From NCBI GenBank assembly GCA_051530055.1, contig CM121341.1, positions 11,076,784-11,140,783 on the forward strand: a DNA stretch of 64,000 nt, given 5' to 3'. The notes under the pieces are model-generated. The model searched no databases. It saw nothing but the letters and a program-made list of their open reading frames with translations, and was not told the origin of the DNA. This DNA is from Neoechinorhynchus agilis (Eukaryota > Animalia > Acanthocephala). Numbering within the stretch: the stretch's first letter is position 1; every line of letters begins with the position of its first letter. A program made the translations under genes and the position numbers. Of the stretch, positions 36,150-49,414 are shown piece after piece.

Positions 36150-37266
36150 ATTGTCGATGGGATCCAATAAATAAGCGGTACAGTTTATTGCGTTTTGACT
36201 AGAAATTAAGAGAATTTTTGCAAAAACAGAAGCAATTTTGCCTTTTCCAGACGCTTTTATAGAATTCGTTTTTGTTGTGAACTTTTGCTTCACCATAAAG
36301 AAATAAAAATATCGCCTAATTGATTATCCTTTGTTTTTGCAGCAGAGTTTATTTGTTTAGCAGTTCAATGTCGGATGCAGGATGAGCGTCCAGTTTTAAA
36401 AATCCGAAAGCTCAGCATTGCACCCTATGATTTTGCTCCCGAAAACGATGCAACCGAAGTTATTAAGAGCTTAAGGCAGAGAAGACGTTTAGAACAAAAT
36501 ACAGGAATTGTCGATGGGTTTTAATGAATATTCGAAAGATTTACAAGCGTTTTGCTTATAAATGGCGAGAATTTCCATAAGAACGAATCATTTTTCCTTT
36601 TGCTTAACGCTTTTATAGAATTCGTTTTTGTTGTGAACTTTTGCTTCACCACAAAGAAATAAAAATATCGCCTAAATGATTATCCTTTGTTCTTGCAGCG
36701 GAGTTTATTTGTTCAGCAGTTCAATGTTGGATGCCGGATGAGCGACCAGTTTAAAAAATCTGAAAGCTCAGCATTGCATCCAATGATTTTCCGCCCGAAA
36801 ACGATGCAACCGTGAGAAACCACGAGACGCCAAGGTATTAAGAGCTTAAGGCAGAGAAAAATTTTTGAACAAAATACAGGAATTGTAAAGGAATTTAATG
36901 AAAATACGAAAGATTTGCAGGCGAATTGATTGGAAATGCAGAGAATTTTCAGAAAAAACGAATCCATTTTGCTTTTTCCTAATGCTTTTATAGAATTCGT
37001 TTTTGTTGTGACCTTTTGCATCACCATAAAGAAATATAAATATCGCAAAATTGATTATCCTTTGTTTTTGCAGCGGATTTTATTTGTTTAGCGGTTCAAT
37101 GTTGGATGGAGGATGAGCGACCAGTCTAAAAGATCCGAAAGCTCTGCATTGCGCCCTATGATTTTGCTCCCGAAAACGACGCAAAAGCGAGAAACTACGA
37201 GACGCCAAATTTTAAAAAGCTTAAGGCAGAGAAGACGTTAAGAACAAAATACAGGAATTGTCGATT
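36150..37266 (+). repeat. ~375-bp satellite array 1 (~3 units)
   Basis: Unit markers ttgctcccgaaaacga, agagcttaaggcagagaa, ttagaacaaaatacaggaattg and gaattcgtttttgttgtga. Confidence 0.92.
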
Positions 37267-38339
37267 GTAACAAATGCACGAAGAACTTGTATTGACCTTA
37301 TTAATTTAAGATTATGTGCTGTTTGTTTATTTTAAAACGCTGAGGTGTCGATTAATACTCAGTGAATAGCTGTCTATAAGTCAAATCTCGTTTTCAATTC
37401 GTGTAAATTCCTCCATAATTTAAAATTGCAATGTTTTCTTTATGACCCTATGGAAGTTGCACGCCTATTCACTGCCGCAACTACATATTCCGGCGGTTTT
37501 TCTTATTGCTTTACCAATTCGGTAGTTGAATAATAAAATCAATGACCGCTCCTCAGGTTTCGCTTTGGCACTACGCTCATTCGTTGTTTGATCAGACGGT
37601 GCGATACGCAAGTTCGGTGCCAAGATCGAGACAGCACAGGAATCCACGAACTCGATTGCCCAAAGACTATAACCGGGCACAATCGCCACTGCCTGGTAAA
37701 TACTCTAAAACGTAGGGTTTTGGTAACGACATTCCATCTCTCTTCGAGGAGATCAGTTTTAGAAGAGACAGTGGGAAAAGACTTTGCGGCGCATTAACAG
37801 TTCCGGGGGGCCCAAAAACGATTGCTAATAGCGAATTGTAGCTTGGAGTCTCCGGAGTGAATTGGTGAAAACGGTAAAAGTTCAATAAAAGAGAATTACG
37901 AATTTTTCGATTCGTCGTGTGACAATTAGTCGTTCGCATCAGCGATTTTGAAAGGGATACTGAATGTATCATCGAGGCAATGCAGGATAAAGATCTTCCT
38001 CCATTCTTATCGGAACCTTTATAAATTGGATATAAAAAAATTTCTCTCAAAAAGTTGAAATCGATTTCGAAAAATTTACCATAATATAGCATTGTGTAAA
38101 CCACAAAATCCTGGTTTCGATTTCTAACTTGTACCTTAAAATTTTTTTAAATTCGATTCATAAGCCCCATAAACTTATGTTTATTTTACTCTAATGAATT
38201 GCTGTTCATCATCTTCGTTAGAAAGGCATTTTGTTAGTCGAAATGTTCAAAATGTTTTAATTGTATATGGATTTTGGACGGAAATACGAGGAAGTCAGTT
38301 TTATTTCTATGGGCGCTCTTTTTAAAAATGATATTGGAC
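37267..38339 (+). repeat. Conserved ~1.07-kb tail following the satellite (copy 1)
   Basis: Collinear and highly similar to 47989-49102. Its reverse complement is partly present at 56322-56925 and 60518-60786. Confidence 0.9.
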
Positions 38340-38929
38340 CCTCCGTTTTTAACCCTAGGGCTTCGGTAGTCATCGATGGACAGTGAGCAAACACGATGCA
38401 ATGATTGAATTGTGTACGATCGAGAGATACTTTGTCCGAATCTCTAACTATGATTTGATCCCATAATTTCGTCGGCGCGGTATATTAAAAATTGACGTTA
38501 GTACTCTTATGATGGCAAGAACCGGAATGTTAGTTTTAGGAAGGGCCTTAGGAGGACAGGCTTCTTCAGAAGCTGGGTCCGTAATGGCGAAAACCTTTCT
38601 TAGGATTATCTCCCTCCTAGTTTATCCAATACCTCATTTATCATTAGTGGGCGGTTCAGCATCGCCATATGTTCATTTCCTTACTTAGCGGCCCGCTGCG
38701 GCATGCCTGGGTTGTAAATTAATAGCCAGGAGACGATCGATTTGCTCCGTGTCAGAGAGTTTAGTATCTGTGTGCTGGATGGTGCTCGGCCCACCGTAAA
38801 TTTGGCAGAAGCCCGGTTTTCTCTCCTGGACCATTCCCTGAATTCTCTCAAATTCAGAACAGAGGACTCTTCAAGCGCACACGCAGCTGCCGTCACTCCA
38901 GTCTTTTATTTTTATTATATAAGATGATT

Positions 38930-40180
38930 ACAAACAATAAATAATGTGAAACAGTCAGTCTAATCCATCGTATCTTAATTCATTTAGCCTTCTCGCCCGC
39001 TTTATTTCCTTCCCGACATCTTATGAAGGCTGATCTCCGAGCCATGAAATTAGAAAGAAAATAACAAAATGTTATTGGAGAACAAAAGGATTATCCGGCA
39101 GGGCATCGCTTTTTAAGGTAGCAAGAATCCCTTCCTTGCTCCTAGGCGAATAAATTTGTACATCCAACTAAATAAAATATATAGTTAGTAAATAACGTAA
39201 ACAATAAAATAACAAGTGGCCCACTAACTCTTTTGCTTTGAGTCCGTCTTCTTTATTAATAGTAGAAGTCTTGGGATATCCTTCGGCACGAGACGTTTTT
39301 CGATCATATATTTGAATTGATTTAATCGTGTCATATTTAAGCTTTTCGGATATAACCTTTGCAAAGAATGTTTTCCATAGGAACGAGATGAGGGTAGTGA
39401 TGGAGCTATTGTAAAATTTGCTAAATATTTTCATTGATTTTTTTAATAAAAAAATTGGCAAAATCGTCCTTGAGCTCTAACAAAATGCACGGAAGCGGTT
39501 AGTACAAATCAGTTCCTAATTTTAACATTCTGTGGTCTAGACTTTTAACTTTAGATAAAAAAGGGCTAAGTCTCGTATTTAATAAAATTCGTCTTTTTGG
39601 TGCGAGAAAGTCAATACCCAAGATTCTAGAACTTGTGTGTATTTTCAATTCCAAGAGATCATAATCAAGCGATAACTCTTTTTTAACTTTTGATCTAGAA
39701 GGCATTGAATTGGTAAGGGGGATTAAAATCGTATTGTTCCTGTTTATAGATAAATTCGCTTTACCTAAAATTGAGTTTTAACTAGTCGAAAAAATGCACT
39801 TTCAACATTCATCTATTCTTATGATATATAAAAACAAATATATCATCCGCGTATATGAAATTGTGATTATTTTTGTTATTGGGCATTAACTTCATTATCT
39901 TTATCATACCAATTAAGAAAAGGGAAGAAGGCAAGGGTGAACCTTGAGGAACACCATATTTTGAATAGAATTTATTTTTTTCGAGATCAATATCCAGCAT
40001 AAAAGATTTGGATTCCATAAGGAATTGAATTGGTCTAAGACTTTTCAGAGGTAAATGTAGATCTTTAAAAACATTATAGATAAAAAATGGTCTACCGAGT
40101 CAAACGCTTTATTTACATCAATTTGCATTAACATTTTATTTACATTATTTACAGATTTATTTAAAAACATCAACTCGTTA
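38930..40180 (-). mobile_element. Decayed non-LTR retrotransposon RT region
   Basis: LMQIDVNKAFDSVDH, YGVPQGSPL...LF, IYADDIF. Confidence 0.8.
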
Positions 40181-40880
40181 AGCAATGAGATAACTCCCCT
40201 TAAAGGGATGAACCCGTGGACTGAACCACTCACGAGTAGAGAGCAACACCTCGGACTGAGGCAGAAAGGGAAAATGACCCAATTATCTGCAAATTGGCGA
40301 TAGCCGCCACTCGCAGCATCCACGCAAGACTACCAATAGAAAGACTTTGAGCAAGCAGACTACATGGCTACTTTTTACAAATTAATCAATTTCTATTAAA
40401 AATGACGACTAATATTTAAATGCCCGCCAAAGCCTTAAACAGATTAGAATTCTGTCGTTTTTTGGCACCTTCCAAATCGCCGTCCGTTTTCTATCTTTGC
40501 TTGCTCGTTTCTCCCATCGCTCTGTTTTGTTCTCCGATGATTCGAGCGACTTTGGGGCTGATGGTTGATCCGTTTTGTCTTCCTACAGAATACGAAAGAT
40601 AGCGTCTCAGTGCACGTGAGTAATATTTTGAAATCATTGGAAACGTCGTTTTCCGATTAATGTTCTGCATTGGAGTCATAATTAGTGAAATCAATTGACT
40701 CTCAGTTGTAAGAGAATTTATCGCGAGAATTATGCTGCCAAGTAGTTGAAATCAAACTCCCCTGTGTCAAACCTTAAATTGTTTTGGATTTTAGCCATAA
40801 GTTATTATATCGCATTTATTTTAAGCAAGGGTGTAAGTTTGCAGGTAAAAGCTGTGCAGTGTGCGAATTCGAAGTGACGG

Positions 40881-41719
40881 CTACGTCTTGTAGCTTGTGC
40901 CACCGTTCACGATTTCAATATGCACCCTGAACGTGACCGCTAAATACCTGCTAGTTTTTAGTCGGCTACGTTCGTTTTTGGCGCCTATGGATTTAGAATT
41001 CAAGCAGCCACTTCGCCTAAGGATGGCCAAGTCCGTGGACTTTCTATGTCGGTTGGAATCTCCGTACAAAGAACCAATGAGATCGATATCGATTTAACGC
41101 AGCCAATATTGCTCGTACAAATGAAAACCGCGCGGACGTGAGTAAGCATGAGAATTGGAAACATAAGGAACAGCCAATGAATGTAATCAATATACGATCG
41201 GATCCACAAAAAGCCCCTTCCGAAGCCGGATCCGCGCCCAAAACGAAGAACACTTAGGTCTCCAAAGGCAGGTAGATTTATATGCGATGTTTTGAGCTCG
41301 ACCGATGATAGTTGAACTAATTGCTCTCTCACTACGGTGCGTCCGATTCCCATTTCGACTAAAGCCTTGACTCCATACCGCCAATAAAAGTTTCCAGTCG
41401 CCTGCCGACGGTGTAGCACTGGCATATAGTTTCGCGGTCCAGTCCGCCAAGTTCGAAAGAATGTCGGGCGCCGCTCAATTGATTGATATGGCACAGGGAG
41501 GCATACGTTGGAGGTCATTACTGACGCTGTTCCGAATTTGAGTGAAGACTCGTTGTTGAACTTGTTGTGCACATCGAAAACAGCTCTCTTCGCCCGACGA
41601 AGTCCGACTACTGTCTGGTCAAGATTTGCCTGTTGCGCAGAACGCAATGCACCACGACGCTGATTTTCGACCACAGTTTGTTCAACAGGCTGTTGTTCAG
41701 TTTCTTCCATTGTTGGCAA
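40881..41719 (-). CDS. Possible highly divergent COE/EBF-type DNA-binding-domain protein; splicing unresolved
   Basis: Collinear weak matches to EBF as I recall it: VGLRRAKRAVFD vs GVGLARAHFE; PV...SIERRPTF vs PVEIERTAF; GIGRT vs GIRT; SGCLNSKSIGAKNE vs SRCCDKKSCGNRNE. The 239-aa ORF is real-looking; the family call is tentative. Confidence 0.4.
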
Positions 41720-41855
41720 AGAAGGTGCTGCAGGAGCTGGAGCAACCGTTCAAGTGTTCATATTGCCGTTAACGGGCAAACTATAAGTCGGATGTACAAA
41801 AGCACATCAGAAATAGAAAAAGTATGAAGCACATGACGGCGTTCAGATTTTTCCC

Positions 41856-42072
41856 GAAGTTGAAGCACGAGCAACAATCGATGATTATATATTGGAAAGA
41901 CATCGCCAGTCAAGTCAGAGGAGACGAAAACAAGTGCAAATTCAATCGATTTCATCATCATTGGCCATATTATCGCAAACAACATCACGAGGTATGGTTT
42001 CCCGCTCCTCTGACTTGACTGACGATGTCTTTCCAATATATAATCATCGATTATTGCTCGTGTGTCAACTTC
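41856..42072. repeat. Inverted repeat: ~68-bp near-perfect arms, 81-nt spacer
   Basis: 41856-41923 (...acgagcaacaatcgatgattatatattggaaagacatcgccagtcaagtcagaggag) vs the reverse complement of 42005-42072. Confidence 0.92.
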
Positions 42073-42589
42073 AGGCAAACTAAAGTAGCCGTCAATGTTC
42101 TCAATGCAGTGAATATCGCAAAATCTTCTCCGGAATCTTCGAATGATCACAATGTTCATGCCAGCAGATGCTTACTTGACTTTCTCGAAGTGTATACTGC
42201 AAACGATCTAGATAGAAGTGACAAGATCAAAGAAGTTAGCCAAGCAATTCAAGAAAATGCAAGTACAATTAAAATTGAAAGTTGTGATACTGCAAAGAAG
42301 GTATCTGTCTTGTCGAAACACATTTTATTGTAACAACCGAGAAACCCAACAACACACGCGTAACAAAATCAGGTGTAAGCGAGTGATCTGGAAGTATCTA
42401 CATAACAGTAGCATATAGTTACTCATCTTGTGTGAGGTTCAGTAAGTTCAACGAAGTGAAAGTTGCGACTCATTTGTTTGTGCACTTACAAAATGGAGGA
42501 ATTCACTGCTCAAAATGTAATCATTCGTGCCAATTCTACAATCTAGCGATTGTTCAACAACCACATTTCTTTGAACTTTTCTCTCACTT

Positions 42590-44945
42590 GATAGGTCGTT
42601 CTTTTCAGCATTGTCGGCTTTCGTCTTTGTTCCTCTCCTTTCCCGGCGTCTCGAAATCTCCGCTCACTTTCCTTCCGCCTCTTCTTGGGCCTACCTCTTC
42701 TCCTTTTCCCCTCGAGAACAGCTTTCGCACCTCCTAATTGGGCACTCGATCCTTACGTGTCATTCCTGCGGACCATCTCAGCATCCGCATTTCGTTGACG
42801 GCTAATCCTTGAACGTCTTCCTTCGTAGTCCATGTCTCTGCTCCGCAGAGCATGCGGGTCGCACTACTGCCTTGTACACACGCCCTTTGAGCTTGTTCGA
42901 AAGACGCTTATCCCGAAGGATGCCTATTGTCTTCCTCCAGTTGTTCCACCTGCATTGAACTCTTTGTCCGATCTCTGGTTCGAGCTCACATTGCATGTTC
43001 AATAGGCTGCCCAAATATTTGAGGGTGTCCATCTTTTCGATCTGAGTTCCTTGCATATCGAGGTTAACCGGTCCCATGTATTTCGTTTTGCACCTGCTCA
43101 CTCTCAATCCGTTGCTCTCTAATCGCTGTCGCCAACTCCAGCAAATTCCTGAGCGTGTCCACGTCCCTAGCTGTGAGCACTAAATCGTCCGCGAATAGTA
43201 TCGTCTATGGTGCTTTAATTTCTCTTTCCGTATTTCCTAGGACGTCTATCACGATCGTGAACAAGAACGGGCTTAGGGCCGAACCCTGTTGCAGACCCAC
43301 GGAGACTCAGAAATAGTCGGTGGTTCTGCTTTGACATCGCACGCAGGTGTAGCATTCTCGATACATCGCTTGGATCGCGGCGACATAGTGTTCGGGACAA
43401 TTCCTTTTCCTGAGGCATGATCACACCAGATCTCGAGCGACCGTGTCGACGAACACACTGTGCAACAGGCACTGAACTTCTCATACAGCTGCCTTAGCAA
43501 GAATATTGCGTCGATTGTACTTATGCAGGACATGAATCCTCGTTAGTCCTCACTGATTCGGATCTCATCTCTAATCCTGTGATCGATCATTCGTTCCCAC
43601 AGTTTCATTGTGTGAGACATGAGTTTAATGGTGCAGTAGTTCCTACACTGCAAAACTTTGCCTTTGAAGATCGGTATCAAAATGCTTCCCTGCCATTCCG
43701 ACTGGATCTTTTCCTCCAAATCTATCTTCTGAAATAGCCTCGTGAGCAACTTTATTCCGAAGACTCCCAGGGATTGTCACAGCTCGATCGGAATGTTATC
43801 TGGACCGGCGTTAATACCAGTGTTCATTTTCCTGAGCAGTGCAGCAACCTCATCGTACGACTACGGCCTCGTCATATTGACATTCGGGTGTACGTCCTCT
43901 AGAGGCAGTTTGTCATTCTCAGTGTTCAGTAGAGTGCTGAAATATTCCTTCCACCTATCCAAAATGTCCTTGCATTGGTCCAGCGTCTTTCCGTGGCTAT
44001 TACTGATCATTTTGAGATGCACAATATCCCGCGATTTTTTATCCCTGACTTTGATCAACCTGAACACTATATCTCTACAACTCCCTCGCTGTAATTGCTC
44101 GTACAGGTCGTTTCGGCTTCCCTCTTGATTTTGGCGCATTTTCGTGCCGCCTTCCTTTTTGCCTGTTTGTAAGCGTCTGCATTCGAGGCCGAAGCGTCAA
44201 AATCCAATCTTTTCCTGGCTGACTTTTTCAAACTGATTGCGTCCTTGACGGCTGGATTCCACCACCATGCCTCTTTGTTTTGGGGTGGAGGTTTCCCCGA
44301 TGTCATTCCTAGGATGTTCTTTGTTTCACTACAGATCGCTTCGGCTGTCTCATTCCACTAGCTTTCCAGTTCAGCCACATTCTCGCCCAATTTCTGGGTA
44401 AGCACCATTTTAATCTTTTCCCTGAGTATAGGATCCTTTAACCTCCACCACATGATTTTAGGTGCAATGCTCGTTGTCGGCCGTTTGGCTTTCCCTCGAA
44501 TATTGAGGACCATCACGAGCACTCTATGTTGCGTGGTGCACTCACCTAGTATTATCTTGCCATTCTGGACTTCACCCCATCTACCTATCGGATTCAAAAT
44601 GAAATCGATTGGGCTTGATTTTCACCGCTTAAGTATGTGTAAAGGTGCCGTGGGTCTTTTGAGGTATGTATTGGAGATACACAGCTCCATCGCTGCTGCG
44701 TAATCCAATAGTCTTACACCCCTCGGCGTTGCTTGATTCTACACTGTGCCCTCCATGAATTCGTTCCTATCCATCTCTCGGCCCCACGTGTCCGTTGAAA
44801 TCGCCGGTTATCACGCATCGACCTTCCCTAGGCCTTGTCACTTCCGATAAATCCAGTCAAATTCCTTCTTATTTTCACTACAACCGACTAGTGGGGCGTA
44901 CGCAGAAACTACTGTCGTGCCTTCGCCGTTAACGCTTAATCTTAA
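42590..44945 (-). mobile_element. RTE-clade non-LTR retrotransposon (APE endonuclease + RT), 5' end abutting satellite
   Basis: VVSAYAP, GDFNGHVG, QIDFI, TQHRVLV, WWWN, NYCTIKLMSHTMKLWERMI, STIDAIF, FADDL, FKYLGS-like LKYLGS, GKRRRG-like terminus. Several stops and frameshifts. Confidence 0.92.
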
Positions 44946-47900
44946 GCGTCAGAGAATTTTCAGAAAAAAGCGAAGCGATTTAGCGTTTTCCTAACGCTTT
45001 TATACAATTGATTTTTGTTGCGAACTTTTGCATCACCATAAAGAAATAGAAATACCGCAAAATTGATAAAAAAAATCAATTTTGCGCTTTCGTAACGCTT
45101 TTATAGAATTCGTTTTTGTTGTTAACTTTTGCATGACTATAAAGAAATAAAAATGTCGCCTAATTGATTTTAATTTGTTTTTGCAGCATATCTTGTTTGT
45201 TTAGTGGCTCAATGTTGCATGCAGGACGAGCGATTACTTAAAAAAATTCGAAAGCGCTGCATTGCACCCTATGATTTTGCTCCCGAAAACGACACCGCCG
45301 CGGGTAACCACGAGACGAAAAAATTATAAAGAGCTTAAGGCAGAAAAGACGTTTAGAAAAAAATACAGGAATTGTAGACGGGTTTTAATGAATATACGAA
45401 AGATTTACAAGCGTTTTGCTTAGAAATGGAGTGAATTTTCAGAAAAAAACGAACCAATTTTGTGTATTCCTAGCGCTTTTATAGAATTGGTTTTTGTTGT
45501 GAACTTTTGCATTACCATAAAGAAATAAAAATATCGCAAAATTGATTATAATTATTTTTTGCAGCGGATTTGATTTGTTTAGCGGTTATATGTTGGATGC
45601 CGAATGAGCGACTAGTTTAAAAATCTGAAAGATCAGCATTGCACCCAACGATTTTGCTCCCGAAAACGACACCCCCGCGAGAAACCACGAGACGCCAAAT
45701 TTTAAAGAGCTTAAGGCAGAGAAGACGTTTAGAACAAAATACAGGAATTGTCGATGGGTTTTAATGAATATTCGAAAGATTTACAAGCGTTTTGCTTAGA
45801 AATGGATAGAATTTTTAGAAAAAAGCGAAGCAATTTACCTTTTACCTAACGCTTTTATGGAAGTCGTTTTTGTTGTGAACATTTGCCTTACCATAAAGAA
45901 ATAAAAATATCGCCTAACTAATTATCCTTTTTTTGCAGCAGATTTTATTTGTTTAGCAGTTCAAAGTTGAATGCATGATGAGCGACCAGTTTAAAAACAC
46001 TGAGAGCACAGCATTGCACCCTATGATTTGGCTCTCGAAAACGACGCCGCGGCGAGAAACCACGAGACGCCAAATTATAAAGAGCCTAAGGCAGAGAAGA
46101 CGCTTAGAACAAAATACAGGAATTGCAGATGGGATTTTATGAATATACGAAAGATTTGCAAGCGAATTCCTTTGAAATGGAGAGAATTTTCAGAAAAAAT
46201 GAATAAACTTGCTTTTTCCTAACGCTTTCATGGAATTCGTTTTTGTTGTGAACTTTTGCATGACCATAAAGAAATAAAAATGTCGCCTAAATGATTTTAA
46301 TTTGTTTTTGCAGCGTAGTTTATTTGTTTGGCGGTTCAATGTTGGATGCAGGATGAGCGACCAGTTTGAAAAATCCGAAAGCTCAGTATTGCACCCTATG
46401 ATTTCGCTCCCGAAAACGAAGCAGCCGCGAGAAACTACGAGCCGCCAAATTTTAAAGAGCTTAAGGCAGAGAAAAATTTAGAACAAAATACAGGAATTGT
46501 CGATTGAGTTTAAAGAGAATACGGACGATTTTCAGGCGAATTGGTTAGAAGTGGAGAGAATTTTTAGAAAAAAGCGAAGCAATTTACCTTTTTCCTAACG
46601 CTTTTATGGAATTCGTTTTTGTTGTGAACATTTGCATCACCACAAAGAAATAAAAATATCGCCTAATTGATTATCCTTTGTTTTGCAGCGGAGTTTATTT
46701 GTTCAGCAGTTCAATGTTGGATGCCGGATGAGCGACCAGTTTAAAAAATCTGAAAGCTGAGCATTGCACCCAATGATTTTGCTCCCGAAAACGACGCAAC
46801 CGCGAGAAACCACGAGACGCCAAATTATTAAGAGCTTAAGGCAGAGAAAAATTTAGAACAAAATACAGGAATAGTAAAGGAATTTAATGAAAATACGAAA
46901 GATTTAAAGGCGAATTGATTAGAAATGGAGAGAATTTTCTGAAAAAAGCAAAGCAATTTTGCTTTTTCCTAATGCTTTTATAGAATTCGTTTTTGTTGTG
47001 AACTTTTGCATTACCGTAAAGAAATAAAAATATCGCAAAATTTATTATAATTTGTTTTTGCAGCGGATTTTATTTGTTTAGCGGTTCAATGTTGGATGAA
47101 GGATGAGCGACCAGTTTAAAAGATCCGAATGCTCTGCATTGCGCCCTATGATTTCGCTCCCGAAAACGAAGCAGCCGCAAGAAACCACGAGCCGCCAAAA
47201 GGCAGAGAAAAATTTAGAACAAAATACAGGAATTGTCGATTGAGTTTAAAGAGAATACGGACGATTTTCAGGCGAATTGATTAGAAGTGGAGAATTTTTA
47301 GAAAAAAGCGAAGCAATTTACCTTTTTCCTAACGCTTTTATGGAATTCGTTTTTGTTGTGAACATTTGCATCACCACAAAGAAATAAAAATATCGCCTAA
47401 TTGATTATCCTTTGCTTTGCAGCGGATTTTATTTATTCAGCAGTTCAATGTTGGATGCCGGATGAGCTATCAGTTTAAAAAATCTGAAAGCTCAGCATTG
47501 CACCCAATGATTTTGCTCCCGAAAACGACGCAACCGCGAGAAACCTCGAGACGCCAAATTATTAGGAGCTCAAGGCAGAGAAAAATTTAGAACAAAATAC
47601 AGGAATTGTAAAGGAATTTAATGAAAATACGAAAGATTTGCAGGCGAATTGATTAGAAATGCAGAGAATTTTCTGAAAAAGCGAAGCAATTTAGCTGTTT
47701 CCTAATGCTTTTATAGAATTCGTTTTTGTTGTGACCTTTTGCATCACCATAAAGAAATATAAATATCGCAAAATTGATTATCCTTTGTTTTTGCAGCGGA
47801 TTTTATTTGTTTAGCGGTTCAATGTTGGATGAAGGATGAGCGACCAGTCTAAAAGATCCGAAAGCTCTGCATTGCGCCCTATGATTTTGCTCCCGAAAAC

Positions 47901-47988
47901 GACGCCGCCGCGAGAAACCACGAGACGCCATATTTTAAAGAGCTTAAGGCAGAGAAGACGTTAAGAACAAAATACAGGAATTGTCGAT
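44946..47988 (+). repeat. ~375-bp satellite array 2 (~8 units)
   Basis: cccgaaaacga (or a one-base variant) at ~45281, 45659, 46033, 46409, 46783, 47159, 47518 and 47892. Confidence 0.96.
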
Positions 47989-49102
47989 TGTAACAAATGC
48001 ACGAAGAACTTGTATTAAGCTTATTAATTTAGGATTATGTGCTGTTTGTTTATTTTAAAACGCTGAGGTGTCGATTAATACTCGGTGAATAGCTGTCTAT
48101 AAGTCAAATCTCGTTTTCAATTCGTGTAAATTCCTCCATAATTTAAAATTGCAATGTTTTCTTTATGACCCCAAGGTGCCGCAACTAAATATTCCGGCAG
48201 TTTTTCTTATTGCTTTACCAATTCGGTAGTTGAATAATAAAATCAATGACCGCTCCTCAGGTTTCGCTTTGGCACTACGCTCATTCGTGGTTTGATCAGA
48301 CGGTGCAATGTGCAAGCTCCGTGCCAAGATCGAGACAGCACAGGAATCCACGAACTCGATTGCCCAAAACTATTTATGGGCACAATGGTCACAGCATGGT
48401 GAATCCTCTGAAACGTAGGGATTTGGTTACGACATTCCATCTCTCTTCGAGGAGATCAGTTTTAGAAGAGATAAGGAAAAGATCTAGCAGCGCATCAACA
48501 GTTCCGTGGGGCCCGAAAACGATTGATAATAGCGAATTGTCCCTTGGAGTCTCCGGAGTGAATTTTCGAAAATGGTGGAAGTCCAATAAAAGAGAATTAC
48601 GAATTTGTCGATTCGTCGTTGTACATTTTCCAAACTCTCGCCATTGTGACAATTGGTCTTTGAAGTTTTAGCCAAGATTTTAAAATGGTTGATCGCATCA
48701 GCGATTTTGAAAGGGATACTGAATGTATCATCGAGGCAATGCAGGATAAAGATCTTCCTCCATTCTTATCGGAACCTTTATAAATTGGATATTAAAAAAT
48801 TTCTCTCAAAAAATTGAAATCGATTTCGAAAAATTTACCATAATATAGCATTGCGTAAAGCACAAAATCCTGGTTTAAATTTCTAACTTGTACCTTAAAT
48901 TTTTTAAAATTCGATTCATAGGCTCCATAAACTTCTATTTATCTTGCTCTAATGAATTGCTGTTCATCATTTTCGTCAGAAAGGCATTTTGTTAAAGTCG
49001 AAATTTTTAAAACTTTTCGAATTGTATATGGATTCTTGACGGAAATACGATGAAATCAGTTTCATTTCTATAGTTGCCTTTTTTTAAAAAATGATATTGG
49101 AC
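47989..49102 (+). repeat. Conserved tail following the satellite (copy 2)
   Basis: Same junction gtcgattgtaacaaatgcacgaagaacttgtatt and same end aaaaatgatattggac as copy 1. Confidence 0.9.
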
Positions 49103-49414
49103 AACAAATACGTGATTTCATCCATGAAGGTAATACGAAAACTTGTTTCTGAGAAGGTAACAAATCTGCGTATTTTACTAACCATCAAAATTCACTTCGC
49201 TCAAAAATATAATTCGACGCACAATAAAGAAAAAGATTAGAGTGACAAAGTGATTCCACGTGAAAAATGTGCAAATCCCTATTTTTGTGTCAATGTCTCC
49301 AAAAATCGTCTCTGAAGAAAAAGAACACCGATCAATTTACGAGCTATAATTCGCATTGAATTTCATTTGTTGTACATTCAGTATTTCACCGAATCACGAT
49401 GCCCTTGATCGGTA

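Noticed and set aside
44946-47988. Retrozyme (hammerhead) in the 375-bp satellite: GGATGAG...(C/T)GAAAG
   Set aside because: The core reads (C/A)GGATGA rather than CTGATGA in the units I checked, and stem II does not pair.
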